A DNA stretch of 64,000 bases from Candidatus Moraniibacteriota bacterium (lineage in GTDB: Bacteria; Patescibacteriota; Minisyncoccia; Moranbacterales; UBA1568), in assembly GCA_016699975.1 (NCBI GenBank), contig CP064994.1, forward strand, positions 554,167 to 618,166, in the 5' to 3' direction. The notes under the pieces are model-generated. The model was not told the origin of the DNA, did not search any database, and worked only from the letters and a program-made list of their open reading frames with translations. This document shows positions 49,343-59,209 of the stretch, one piece after another. Made by a program: the position numbers and the translations under genes. How positions within the stretch are numbered: position 1 is the stretch's first letter; each line of letters opens with the position of its first letter.

Positions 49343-50488
49343 CTACGAAAAACGGATGCTCTCCGAACCAATTTCGGTGCCATCTACCGGGGGAGTTTGC
49401 CCGGACGTCCGAAGAAAAGTTTCGTGAATGAGAGTGATGTACCGCTCGGAAATGACTGACCAATCAAAGGAGCGGAGAACGAATGTTCTCGCGCGCTCGC
49501 CACAGGCTTTTCGGAAGGATTCGTCTTCGAGGAGCGGCGTGAGTGCTTCTCTCCAGGCGTTTGGGTCTTCGGGTTCGACGAGGAAACCATTTTCTTGATC
49601 ACTGATCGCATCCTGGAGTCCCTCAAGTCGGGAAGCGACGACGGGGATGGCGCACGACGCCGCCTCTACGACTGAAAGACCGAATCCTTCCATGTCTCCC
49701 GCAACTCTGATATTTGGCTGCACAAAAATATCGGATCGGTTCATAAGGATATCGCGCGCGCGATCGCTTACGTACCCCAGAAGTTTCACGCGCGTGAAAA
49801 GACGAGTCTCGGTAATCGCAGAAGTAATATTGGTTCGATCGGGACCGTCTCCCGCGACGATATAGATGATATTTTCCGGAAGTTTCGGGAGGACGTTTCG
49901 AATAAACCACGCAACTCCCTTGCGTTTGGCGAGTCGACCAGAAGTAAGCAGGATTCGTTTTCCGTGAGTTGATTCGCCGAGAATTCCTTCGAGATCGCGT
50001 GCGGTGTACTCGGGATGATAATGTGCGTTTGTGTCAACACCATTGGGAACAAAGGCGAAGCGAGAGAGGGGAATACTACGCTCAACTCCTGCGCGAATGG
50101 TCTCGTTGCCGACCGCGATAAGTCGATCGAGCTTTGGCAAGAATAGGCGGACCCAGAGTGATCGGTACAAGAACAGAGGATACGTGATATCGAGTCCATG
50201 GACGATACTGATCACTGTTCTTTTGGGGGAACACCATTTTACGCACCATCCGATGATGGCGAGGACACCGTCTCCCAGAAGAACAACGTCGAAGCGGTGC
50301 ATGGTGAAAAGAGTGCGAAGAAGAGCAAAGGGCAGAAAAATCGGCAAGAATTTTTTGCCGAAAGGATTTCCCATCGTTGTCACGCTTGCTTTTTTCCCCA
50401 GCCACTTGGAGAGGGCGGCGTTTTGATTTTCGATTCCGCCAACGACGGGTGGACACGCGCGCGAAAGAAAAAGAATGCGAAGAGGCAT
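49343..50488 (-). CDS. Glycosyltransferase family 4
   Basis: MPLRILFLSRACPPVVGGIENQ... N-domain and EGFGLSVVEAASCAIPVVASRLEGL EX7E motif. Start at Met 50488. Confidence 0.8.
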   Translation of the reverse strand: MPLRILFLSRACPPVVGGIENQNAALSKWLGKKASVTTMGNPFGKKFLPIFLPFALLRTLFTMHRFDVVLLGDGVLAIIGWCVKWCSPKRTVISIVHGLDITYPLFLYRSLWVRLFLPKLDRLIAVGNETIRAGVERSIPLSRFAFVPNGVDTNAHYHPEYTARDLEGILGESTHGKRILLTSGRLAKRKGVAWFIRNVLPKLPENIIYIVAGDGPDRTNITSAITETRLFTRVKLLGYVSDRARDILMNRSDIFVQPNIRVAGDMEGFGLSVVEAASCAIPVVASRLEGLQDAISDQENGFLVEPEDPNAWREALTPLLEDESFRKACGERARTFVLRSFDWSVISERYITLIHETFLRTSGQTPPVDGTEIGSESIRFS

Positions 50489-50629
50489 AAAGAGATGAGG
50501 TGATGAGGTATTGAGAATCAGCGTCTGTATATTGTTCGGAACTTGGCTTCTCCCGGAAACATTCGGCGGAGATTTTTTTTGCTCACAGTTTTCTTTGATC
50601 TTTTCCGAAAGAACATTGTTTCGCCTCAC

Positions 50630-51580
50630 TTACTTGGTGTACCGGCGCTTCTTCAGAAAATACATTTGCTCCTCAAGAAGCCGGCGATTCGACTTCACCA
50701 TGTCGGCGAGGAGTGCAAAGACGACGAATTGAAGTCCGACGACAAAGGCGAGCGCACAGAAGAAGAGGTAGTTGCGGTACGGAGAAATTTTGAAGTCCTG
50801 AAAATAGAATCTGAGAAAGACAAGAAAAAGGAGCGCTGAAAATCCCAATAGAACAAACCCTGGAATCCCGAAGAACTTCATGGGGCGTACATCGCGAACA
50901 GCACGCACGATGATGCGCGAACTTTGGCGAATATACTTCGTAACACTTTTTGTCATTTTGGATTTTCGCTCGGCAAAGTAGGTGACTTCGACCGGCACCC
51001 ACAGGATTCGCAAGCCCTTCCCAATTGCATCAATGATGACTTCTTGTGTGTAGGTAAAGTTTTCAAGGAGACTTAGTCTCATGAGCGATTCTCGGCTATA
51101 GGCGCGGAAACCGCAGGTCAGGTCGTGAATCGGCGTCTTCAAAAATTTCGAAATAAGGTGCGCCGCCAAACGGTTGAGTCTCTCTTTGAGAAGTGGAATA
51201 TTTTTGGCAGCATATTTTCCGAAGCGATCGGCGCTCACGATATCCGCCGTTCCTGAGAGAATGGGTTCGATGAGTTCTGGAATATCTTCGGGATCAAATT
51301 GCCCGTCCGCGTCGATATTTACCATGATGTCGGCGCCAACTTCGAGAGCCGCCTCGACCGACGTGCGAAACGCGCGCCCGAGTCCCAGGTTGTGGGGATG
51401 CGAGAAAACGCGCGAAGCACCGGCCTCTCTCGCAATTTTTCCAGTACCATCTTTCGATCCGTCATCCACGACATGGATCAGGACTTCTTCGATTCCCCGA
51501 AAAAATTTCGGGATTTTTTTAATCGTCTCTCCGATTTTTTCGGCTTCGTTGTAAGCGGGAATATTGATAACGAGTTTCAT
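50630..51580 (-). CDS. Glycosyltransferase family 2 (polyprenyl-phosphate sugar synthase-like) with C-terminal TM helices
   Basis: MKLVINIPAYNEAEKI...VVDDGSKDGT...IDADGQFDPED plus 2 TM helices. Confidence 0.85.
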   Translation of the reverse strand: MKLVINIPAYNEAEKIGETIKKIPKFFRGIEEVLIHVVDDGSKDGTGKIAREAGASRVFSHPHNLGLGRAFRTSVEAALEVGADIMVNIDADGQFDPEDIPELIEPILSGTADIVSADRFGKYAAKNIPLLKERLNRLAAHLISKFLKTPIHDLTCGFRAYSRESLMRLSLLENFTYTQEVIIDAIGKGLRILWVPVEVTYFAERKSKMTKSVTKYIRQSSRIIVRAVRDVRPMKFFGIPGFVLLGFSALLFLVFLRFYFQDFKISPYRNYLFFCALAFVVGLQFVVFALLADMVKSNRRLLEEQMYFLKKRRYTK

Positions 51581-51835
51581 AGAGGCGATATCAAAATTTT
51601 TTCATTAGGAAACTTTTTCATCGGGAGAAGAGGGGCTCACTCTCTCACTCTCTTGTGCGCCTTTGTTTTCTCTCTCTTTCACCACACGAACATTCTTGTG
51701 TGGAAGGCGCTCGGACTTTCTCTTCATGGTACTTGAATATCATACCGGAGTGCGACTTGCGAGAGATGCTTTCCTCAGTTTTGTTCGTCCCTCTTCGGAA
51801 GAGATGACTGCGGGGCGAATAAGTGGGCAAACATC

Positions 51836-52063
51836 CTACTGTTTGATTGTGAGCTTTGAAAATTCGAAACAGCGCGGTGTACATTTTCGGTTCTCAGTAT
51901 TTTTTTGGAATACTTCCTTGCACTCGAGTGCCGCTTTCGTGCAGCGAGCTCGACTTTCTTCGACATAGGTCCAGTCGAGTTTTCGATCGAAAAAATCCAA
52001 GAGAAAATTTGCGACCACAACGGCACCGACGACAAAAATCACGCTTTTGAGGAGGGAAAACAT
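51836..52063 (-). CDS. Possible small (75 aa) single-TM protein
   Basis: MFSLLKSVIFVVGAVVVANFLLDFF... sits on the same strand between the dehydrogenase and GT2 genes in an otherwise 495-nt gap. Weak call. Confidence 0.25.
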   Translation of the reverse strand: MFSLLKSVIFVVGAVVVANFLLDFFDRKLDWTYVEESRARCTKAALECKEVFQKNTENRKCTPRCFEFSKLTIKQ

Positions 52064-52075
52064 ACCAGAGTCGTG

Positions 52076-53374
52076 TTAGCGGCCAATTCCTTTATAGACG
52101 ATACCCGCCTCTTGATACGCCTTTTTGTCGAAAGCATTTTTCCCGTCAATAAAGACGAGGATGCCATGTTTCTTCAAGATTTCGGGAGGCAGTTCCGATA
52201 AGAATTCGCGGTGGTTCGTTGCAAGTATGAGAGCGGTCGACGCCTCGAGGAGCGCTTCGAGCGAGGAAACAGTCGATTGATCCTTGATATGCGGATCGAA
52301 AACGTGAACGGTGGCGCGGTGGCGCTTCAGATGTTTGATGATTTCGAGAGAGGGTGATTCGCGCAGATCGTCGATATTTGCTTTGTACGAAAGGCCGAGT
52401 ACGCCAACCCCCGTTTTATTGAGAGGGAGACCGACTTCGTTCAATGCGTCCTGAAGGAGTTCGACGGTGTATTCTGGCATGCCGTTATTGATTTCTCGGG
52501 CGAGCCGAAGAAATTTATGGTCGAAGCCGGCGCGCTTCGCTCGCTCAATTAAATAGTATGGATCAACGGGAATACAGTGGCCACCCACACCGCAGGAGGG
52601 AAAGTGTGGCATGAAAGAAAATGGTTTGGTTGAAGCGCCGCGGATAACATCTGCCACATCGATATCGAGACAATCGAAAGAGCGAGCGAGTTCGTTGACG
52701 AAAGCGATATTGATGTCGCGAAAGGAATTTTCAACCACTTTCACGGCTTCTGCTTCGCGGATGGATTTCATGGGACGAATTTCTCCGTCGACAATCGATT
52801 CGTAAAAGCGAACGGCACGTGCGAGTCCTTCGGCATCGAAAGCGCCGACCACTCGCGGAATATTGGTGACATTCCAGACGTCGTCTCCGGGATTGATGCG
52901 TTCGGGACAGTGCGCTAGGAAGACGTCATGCCCAATTGTGTGTCCTTCTTTTTCAAAAAGAGGAGCGATTATCTCTTCGGAAACGCCTGGATTGACGGTT
53001 GACTCGAGAACGACGAGCGCGCCCTTTTTGAGATTTTTTGCGACGGTTTGGCTTGCATTTTCGACGGGGGTGAGGTCGGGATTGTGGAGTTCGTCGACGG
53101 GAGTCGGGACACAAATGAGGAGTATGTCCGCTTCTCGAATACGCTCAGGGTTGTTCGTGGCTTCAAATCGGTATTTTGGAAGTTTGGCTTCGAGGTACTG
53201 ATCTTCAATTGGACTCTTTCCATCGTTAATGAGCGCGTTTCGCTCTTCGTTGACGTCGAATCCGATGACGCGGTACCCGCGTTCCCGGGCGCGCACCGCA
53301 AGTGGGAGTCCCACATAGCCGAGTCCCACCACACAAACAGTTTCTTGTTTCGTTCTTTCTTCGTTCGTATTCAT
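52076..53374 (-). CDS. UDP-N-acetyl-D-mannosamine / UDP-GlcNAc 6-dehydrogenase family (WecC/WbpA/TviB-like nucleotide-sugar dehydrogenase)
   Basis: VCVVGLGYVGLPLAV Rossmann N-terminus. ...FPSCGVGGHCIPVDPYYL catalytic-Cys motif of the UDP-sugar dehydrogenase family. Confidence 0.85.
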   Translation of the reverse strand: MNTNEERTKQETVCVVGLGYVGLPLAVRARERGYRVIGFDVNEERNALINDGKSPIEDQYLEAKLPKYRFEATNNPERIREADILLICVPTPVDELHNPDLTPVENASQTVAKNLKKGALVVLESTVNPGVSEEIIAPLFEKEGHTIGHDVFLAHCPERINPGDDVWNVTNIPRVVGAFDAEGLARAVRFYESIVDGEIRPMKSIREAEAVKVVENSFRDINIAFVNELARSFDCLDIDVADVIRGASTKPFSFMPHFPSCGVGGHCIPVDPYYLIERAKRAGFDHKFLRLAREINNGMPEYTVELLQDALNEVGLPLNKTGVGVLGLSYKANIDDLRESPSLEIIKHLKRHRATVHVFDPHIKDQSTVSSLEALLEASTALILATNHREFLSELPPEILKKHGILVFIDGKNAFDKKAYQEAGIVYKGIGR

Positions 53375-53492
53375 AAAGCGTTGCTGCGATGAAACATCGG
53401 TTCTTTTGAGCTTCCCGATTTATTCTGATCGGTGAGTGTCCAGAACCCAGGAGAACGTACCCTCATTGTACGGGGAAGGCCTCAAAAAGTCG

Positions 53493-54602
53493 AGAGAAAC
53501 TAGGTGAATTCAAACCCCGAAGCCCCTTTTCTGGTATACTCCGGCGTTAACTTCCAAAAACGCTATGAATATGCCAAAAGGAACGTCCATAACCTTCTTT
53601 GAACGAGAGCGAATCGAAAGCTTTCTCCGCATGAAGAAAAAGAAAACATGGATCGCGGAGAAACTTGGAAGAGATTACTCCGTCATCAAGCGAGAGATAC
53701 GAAGAAATTCGAGTCCGCACCTTCCCTATGTTGCCATCCGAGCTGAAGCGTATGCGGAAAGACGAAAGAAAAATACCAACAAAAGAAAACTGGAAAAATG
53801 GCAAAACGAGAAACTGAAAAAGTTTGTCGAAAGCGAACTCCTGAAGGGACATTCACCGGAGCAGATAGCCGGCCGGTTGAAAACATCTCCTCCGAAAAAA
53901 TCTTTCCTCGTGTACGGATACCTCGATAAGTTACGAATCCATCTATGATTACATTTACCGCGGAGAAGGAAGGGTCGGCGGATGGTACAAACATCTGCGA
54001 CGAAAACAGAAGCGGAGACGACCAAAGTTCTCTCGAAAACCGCGAAAAGAGACGATTCCGGATAGAATACCCATTCACGAAAGACCCGCGGTCATTACCA
54101 AGCGTACACACTTTGGAGACTGGGAAACCGATTCCGTGATATTCTCAAAACAGAAGTCAGTACTCTCGGTACAGTACGAGCGAAAAATGAAGCTATGCCG
54201 ATTAAAGAAAGTTCCAAACAAAACAGCGGTCGAAAGCGAACGAGCGATACAGGGACATTTCTCTCGGCTTCCGCAGCAATTGAGGAGAAGTATTACGAGA
54301 GATAATGGAACGGAGAATGTTTTGCACGGAGAAACGAAACAAAAACTTTCTCTTCCTTCCTACTTCTGCGATACCTACAAAAGTTGGCAGAAAGGAGGTG
54401 TGGAAAACTTGAATGGATTGTTACGAGAGTATTTTCCGAAGAAATGCCCGTTTGATAAAATTTCCCAAAAAGAAGTTCGGTCAGTTCAGGACAAACTCAA
54501 CAATCGACCGAGGAAAGCGCTTAACTATTTGACGCCGAATGAAGTTTTTGCCAGGGTACTGGAAAAGGGGCATTAAATTCTTGAACTCACCCTATTTTTC
54601 AC
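53493..54602 (+). mobile_element. IS30-family insertion sequence (about 1.1 kb) with imperfect 20-bp terminal inverted repeats
   Basis: IRL gagaaactaggtgaattcaa (53493-53513) versus reverse complement of IRR gaaaaatagggtgagttcaa (54582-54602). Encloses an IS30 transposase. Confidence 0.65.
53565..54576 (+). CDS. IS30-family transposase (DDE), reading frame broken twice (near 53930-53950 and 54125-54140; both apparent 1-nt deletions)
   Basis: N-terminal HTH ...SVIKREIRRNSS..., GHSPEQIAGRL (WSPEQI signature), HFGDWETDSV, DNGTEN, YFCDTYKSWQKGGVENLNGLLREYFPK, LNNRPRKALNYLTPNEVF. Three ORFs lie in frames 0, 2, 1. Confidence 0.7.
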
Positions 54603-54752
54603 GAAGGGACACGGGAAGTGAAAGTAGAGAGTAGGAAAGAAATAGAGATTGCTTTCTTCAGAACGGTTGTGTAGTTTTTTTTCGAAGTGACTGTGTGAGT
54701 GATTGGATCGTGATATACTATTAATAATATCGTTTCTTTAGCATGGTTCGGA

Positions 54753-55139
54753 ATGAGTATGGATAAAAAAAATTGGTGGTTGTTCGGAATTTTCGGAGGA
54801 CTTCTCATTTTTGCTATCTTTTTCACCGCGGTCAAAATGTTTTTGTTGCGAGACTATTGGGTACAAGGAATGTCGCGATGCGATCCGAGTCGAGAACGGT
54901 GTTTTCTTCGTTCGTGCGAGAATGAAGAGTCAATGTGTCCCGAAGGAGTTTCGACGTTCTTTTACAAAATTGTACAGAAAAAAGCATATGCCGTTCGAGC
55001 GTGCCCGAGCGAGGAAAACGACTGCTCTTTACTTCGGTGTGAACCAGATGAAAAGGATTGCTTTGAAACGTTCTGTTCTTCCGATCATCCCGAAGATATT
55101 CCCGAAGGCGAGAGATGTAGTGAGGAAAAACAAGAATGA
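54753..55139 (+). CDS. Small membrane-anchored Cys-rich acidic protein (12 Cys in about 95-aa ectodomain)
   Basis: TM WWLFGIFGGLLIFAIFFTAV, then ...CDPSRERCFLRSCENEESMCPEG...CPSEENDCSLLRCEPDEKDCFETFCSS.... Confidence 0.4.
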   Translation: MSMDKKNWWLFGIFGGLLIFAIFFTAVKMFLLRDYWVQGMSRCDPSRERCFLRSCENEESMCPEGVSTFFYKIVQKKAYAVRACPSEENDCSLLRCEPDEKDCFETFCSSDHPEDIPEGERCSEEKQE

Positions 55140-55184
55140 TGCTTCCTTGGCGTATCGACCACCATACTTTTCCTGAATAATATT

Positions 55185-55820
55185 GTGAATCATCAGGCGT
55201 TCATGGTTGTCATGGGAGGGCTAGCGGGAGTGATTTCATTATTTGCTTACATCCCTTATATTCTTTCGATTCTTCATGGGAAAACAGTTCCAAGCAAAAG
55301 TACTTGGTGGATCCTCAGCGCTTTGGGAGGAGTGACATTCTTATCTTATCGGGATGCTGGAGGATTCAATACCTCATTTTTTCTTCTAGGGGATGTCATT
55401 GGGTCTTCGGTAGTAGCATTTCTCAGTCTTTTTTATGGTAAGAAAAGTATACAGAAACTCGACATTTTCTGTTTTCTTGGAGCCGCAGCTAGTTTTATTC
55501 TCTGGTTTTTTATAAATGAAAATCCTTCCATTGCCTTCTGTTCCGGCTTGTTCGTCGAAGTCATTGCGATGATTCCTACGATAAGGAAGATCGTGGCCAA
55601 TCCTTTTGAAGAAGATATCGGTGGATGGTTTCTCACTTTTCTTGCCTCGGTTGTCAATAGTTATGCCATTGAAGAGTGGAGCTTTGTAGTTTTTTTCTAT
55701 CCATTTTATGAAGTGGGTATAAATGGTCTCGTCGTTTTTCTTATTTCTTCCGGGAGAAAGAAATTGCTTCGCGTAAATATTCCTTTCATTCGTATGGACT
55801 CAAGTGCTCTTGCTAAATGA
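55185..55820 (+). CDS. Hypothetical 6-TM membrane protein
   Basis: 211 aa with six hydrophobic helices. Its stop lies 8 nt before the SET-domain gene ATG. Confidence 0.5.
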   Translation: MNHQAFMVVMGGLAGVISLFAYIPYILSILHGKTVPSKSTWWILSALGGVTFLSYRDAGGFNTSFFLLGDVIGSSVVAFLSLFYGKKSIQKLDIFCFLGAAASFILWFFINENPSIAFCSGLFVEVIAMIPTIRKIVANPFEEDIGGWFLTFLASVVNSYAIEEWSFVVFFYPFYEVGINGLVVFLISSGRKKLLRVNIPFIRMDSSALAK

Positions 55821-55827
55821 AAGACGT

Positions 55828-56328
55828 ATGTGCCTGCAAAAAGACCTGTATGTTTCACGATCAATGATATCTGGACGAGGTCTTTTCTGTCGAGTAAATA
55901 TTCCTCGAGGAAAGCCAATTTTTGTTATGAAAGGAAGAACGGTCTCTTTCAAGGTTTCGACAAAAAAAGACGCGATGCTTTTTCCCTCGAGAGTTGGCAT
56001 CGGTAAAGATACTTGGATGGAACCCGACATGAAATTTGTCAAATTTATTAATCATTCATGCGAACCGACAGCGGGTATTCGGGGACGAGTAACTTTCGTG
56101 GCTTTGTGCGATATACCAGCAGGAGAAGAAATTACTTTTGACTATTCAATATCTGAAGATAGCCAATGGGAAATGCCGTGCTCGTGTGGTGCGAAAAGCT
56201 GTCGAAAAATTATAAAAGGGGTGCAGAATCTTCCTGAAAGTATTTTCAATTCTTATCTTCCTTTTATACCAAAGTACTTTCAGAAAGTGTACAGAAAATC
56301 GAAGTTCTCCTCGCGCACAAAAAAATAG
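55828..56328 (+). CDS. SET-domain protein (second copy; putative protein-lysine methyltransferase)
   Basis: ISGRGLFCRVNIPRGKPIF...FINHSCEPTAG...AGEEITFDYS...CSCGAKSCRKII: SET core plus post-SET Cys cluster. An upstream GTG at 55804 is also possible. Confidence 0.7.
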   Translation: MCLQKDLYVSRSMISGRGLFCRVNIPRGKPIFVMKGRTVSFKVSTKKDAMLFPSRVGIGKDTWMEPDMKFVKFINHSCEPTAGIRGRVTFVALCDIPAGEEITFDYSISEDSQWEMPCSCGAKSCRKIIKGVQNLPESIFNSYLPFIPKYFQKVYRKSKFSSRTKK

Positions 56329-56390
56329 TTTTCATCAGAAAGAAGTGAGGAGAGTTGAATATCTCTATTTGAATTCTCTCTTTACCCTCT

Positions 56391-58073
56391 ATGGACAACA
56401 TTGGAGATCTCTGTCATTGGGACAGTGCAAAATTTTTCCTCTTTTCAGGGAACGTCTTTGATCCTCTTATTTATTATTCCCATTTCGCCCCTCTCATAGT
56501 CTCTCTTTTGATCGGCGGCTTCGTTCTCTATACTAATTGGAAAAGCGTGGAAAATTTGGCGCTTTTTTTTGTCATGATATTCTTTTCTTTCTGGGTTCTC
56601 ATTGATTCCGTGCTCTGGGCTTCTGAAAAGCCTTCGGTAATCATGTTTGTTTGGTCGGTACAGATATTTCTTGACCTCCTTATTTATGCTGCGGCCGCCC
56701 TCTTTACTTTTGTTTTCATAAAAAAAAGAATTTCCTTTTCACTTCTGATGATCCTTTTTCTTTTCTTTATTCCACTTTTTCTTTTTTCTTCATCACATTT
56801 TAATCTTGAATATTTTGATGTCACAAATTGCGACCGGGAAGCATCGGAAGGATTCCTGTGGAATTATGTGTACACCGTTGAAACGTTCCTTATCGTATGG
56901 ATATTTGTATTCGTGCTCTCCGCTTCTTTTAAAGAGACAGATCGGACTATCAAGAGAAAATATTATTTCTTTCTTGCAGGCATCCTTTCTCTCCTCGTAG
57001 CCTTTTCATTTGGAAATATAGTCGGAAACTTTACCGAAAACTGGTCCTATGGTCAATATGGACTTTTCGGAATGCCTGTTTTTTCCGTATTTCTTTCTTA
57101 CTTGGTAGTCCGTTATAGAATCCTCAGCGTTAAGCTTATCGCCACACAAGTTTTGGTAATTGCGCTGGTAATTCTCATCGGTTCCCAGCTCTTCTTCATA
57201 AATACCGGGAAGATACTCTTAATTTTCATCCTGACATCAATAACGTTTATTCTTGCAGTGATATTTGGGATTCTTCTCATTCGCTCTGTCAACAATGAAG
57301 TGCGCAGAAAAGAAGAGTTGCAGCGCCTTACCGATGATCTTGCTGAGGCAAATGCGGAGCTTCGACGACTTGACGAGTCGAAAACAGAGTTCATTTCCAT
57401 CGCTTCGCACCAACTGCGCACCCCCTTGAGTGCCATCAAGGGATTCGTTGCGCTGCTTGCCGATGGTTCATACGGCACGCTTCCGAAGACGGCCGAAGAT
57501 ATTGTGAAAAGAGTATCAATCGCGACCGAGCGACTCATTCGCTTGGTTGAAAATTTGCTCAATATTTCTCGGATGGAGGCGGGTCGCCTCGAGTACCGGT
57601 ACACGGAAGTTGATTTTTCGGATGTTTTGTTTGAACTCAGAGATTCTTTTTCGGTACTTGCTTCGGAAAAGGAAGTAGTGATTTCCTTTGACATTCCCGA
57701 GCGAGGAGTGATGCCGTGCTTTCTTCTTGATCGCGATAAAATGATTGAGGTGATTTCCAATCTTATAGATAACGCGCTCAAGTATACGCCTCATGGTTTT
57801 GTGCGCGTGAGAGCAGAGCTTCTTTACGATGCTGTACGCATTTCCGTAACCGATACCGGGATGGGGTTCTCGCCAGAGATGAAACCGCTCCTCTTCCAAA
57901 AATTCTCGCGCGGCAGGCATGCTGAACGATTTGATACGAATGGAAGCGGCCTCGGCCTCTATGTGGGAAAGAGAATGGTGGAGGCGCAGGGCGGAAAGAT
58001 TTGGGCAACGTCAGAAGGAGAAGGGAAGGGATCTTCGTTCTTCGTAAGTTTCCCGATCAAAAGAGCAGAGTAA
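56391..58073 (+). CDS. Sensor histidine kinase with about 8-TM N-terminal sensor domain (HisKA plus HATPase_c)
   Basis: H-box SHQLRTPLSAIKGF. N-box VISNLIDNALKYT. G-boxes DTGMGF and GSGLGLYVGKRM. A coiled-coil linker precedes HisKA. No response regulator is adjacent in the window. Confidence 0.85.
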   Translation: MDNIGDLCHWDSAKFFLFSGNVFDPLIYYSHFAPLIVSLLIGGFVLYTNWKSVENLALFFVMIFFSFWVLIDSVLWASEKPSVIMFVWSVQIFLDLLIYAAAALFTFVFIKKRISFSLLMILFLFFIPLFLFSSSHFNLEYFDVTNCDREASEGFLWNYVYTVETFLIVWIFVFVLSASFKETDRTIKRKYYFFLAGILSLLVAFSFGNIVGNFTENWSYGQYGLFGMPVFSVFLSYLVVRYRILSVKLIATQVLVIALVILIGSQLFFINTGKILLIFILTSITFILAVIFGILLIRSVNNEVRRKEELQRLTDDLAEANAELRRLDESKTEFISIASHQLRTPLSAIKGFVALLADGSYGTLPKTAEDIVKRVSIATERLIRLVENLLNISRMEAGRLEYRYTEVDFSDVLFELRDSFSVLASEKEVVISFDIPERGVMPCFLLDRDKMIEVISNLIDNALKYTPHGFVRVRAELLYDAVRISVTDTGMGFSPEMKPLLFQKFSRGRHAERFDTNGSGLGLYVGKRMVEAQGGKIWATSEGEGKGSSFFVSFPIKRAE

Positions 58074-58177
58074 AAGTTTGGAATTTTCTTCCACCAAGCC
58101 CCTTCTCTTTCTGAGGCGATTGGGCTCATGGAAACGAAAAACACCTCTCTCTACAAGAGGCATTTCTTCTTTTCTTC

Positions 58178-58253
58178 TGGTGCGCTCGGCAGGAATCGAA
58201 CCTGCGGCCTTCTGGACCGGAACCAGACGCTCTCTCCACTGAGCTACGAGCGC
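58178..58253 (-). tRNA. tRNA-Arg (anticodon CCG), CCA-encoded
   Basis: GCGCTCGTAGCTCAGTGGAGAGAGCGTCTGGTTCCGGTCCAGAAGGCCGCAGGTTCGATTCCTGCCGAGCGCACCA. 7-bp acceptor, D-arm GCTC/GAGC, anticodon stem TCTGG/CCAGA, loop TTCCGGT, T-arm GCAGG TTCGATT CCTGC. Confidence 0.85.
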
Positions 58254-58341
58254 AACTTTTGGGCAGTATACTTTCTTTCGGGGCTATTGTACAATATTTT
58301 ACAAGGGTCAAAGAGCCCTCGCCCCCGTTTCCCGAAGGAAT

Positions 58342-59130
58342 ATGGATGTGAGCATCATCATTGTGAATTACCGGAGCCGCGAGAAGACCCGCGGCTGTCT
58401 TTTGTCGCTTCAGAAAGCGGATTTCTCGAATATTTCTCATGAAATTCTCGTGGTCGACAATAGCGAAACGGCCGATATCGACTCTTCATTTCAGGCAGAA
58501 TTTCCGGAGGTGCAGTTTTTGTATGCTGAGAAAAATCGCGGCATGGGCGCGGGAAACAATCTCGCCGCGACGAAGGCAGAGGGGAAATTTCTCCTTATTT
58601 TAAATCCCGATACCGCAGTACGAAAGACGGCGGTATCGACGCTTTTTTCGCTCCTTCGTGATCGACCCGACATCGGGATCGTTGGGCCGAAGCTTCTCAA
58701 TCCCGATGGGACGCTTCAATATTCGTGTCTTCGGTTTCCGGAATTCTGGACACCTATTTTTCGTCGTACATTCTTAGGGCGATGGGCGCCACGGCATCTC
58801 GCCCGATACTTAATGATTGACTTTGATCACTGCGAGACACGCGATGTTGACTGGATGATGGGCTCGTGCCTTATGATTCGTACTGATTTCTATCGACGCG
58901 CAGGCGGATTCGACGAACGATTTTTCATGTATTTCGAGGATATCGATTTGTGTCGCCGTGCGTGGCGCGAGGGTTTGCGGGTGGTTTATTGCCCGCAGGC
59001 GGAAGTCGTGCATGATCACGGGCGTGGGAGCGCGCGCGATCGATGGTTCATCGCGCCTTTTACGAGTCGTCTGGCGCGCGAACATATACTTTCGTGGCTC
59101 AAATACGGGTGGAAATGGAGATTTCGGTAG
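58342..59130 (+). CDS. Glycosyltransferase family 2 (WbbL/rhamnosyltransferase-like)
   Basis: MDVSIIIVNYRS, VVDNSE, ILNPD, MGSCLMIR, FFMYFEDIDLCRRA. Confidence 0.85.
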   Translation: MDVSIIIVNYRSREKTRGCLLSLQKADFSNISHEILVVDNSETADIDSSFQAEFPEVQFLYAEKNRGMGAGNNLAATKAEGKFLLILNPDTAVRKTAVSTLFSLLRDRPDIGIVGPKLLNPDGTLQYSCLRFPEFWTPIFRRTFLGRWAPRHLARYLMIDFDHCETRDVDWMMGSCLMIRTDFYRRAGGFDERFFMYFEDIDLCRRAWREGLRVVYCPQAEVVHDHGRGSARDRWFIAPFTSRLAREHILSWLKYGWKWRFR

Positions 59131-59209
59131 ACTGGTTTTTCTCGCTTCTTGCGCGCTTTTTCTGAACGCGCTAGGATTTTGAATCACTTTCTCTCATTTT
59201 TTTCTTCTT

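Noticed and set aside
58128-58442. 104-aa plus-strand ORF
   Set aside because: It overlaps the clearly folded tRNA-Arg(CCG) on the opposite strand and the start of the GT2 gene, so it is spurious.
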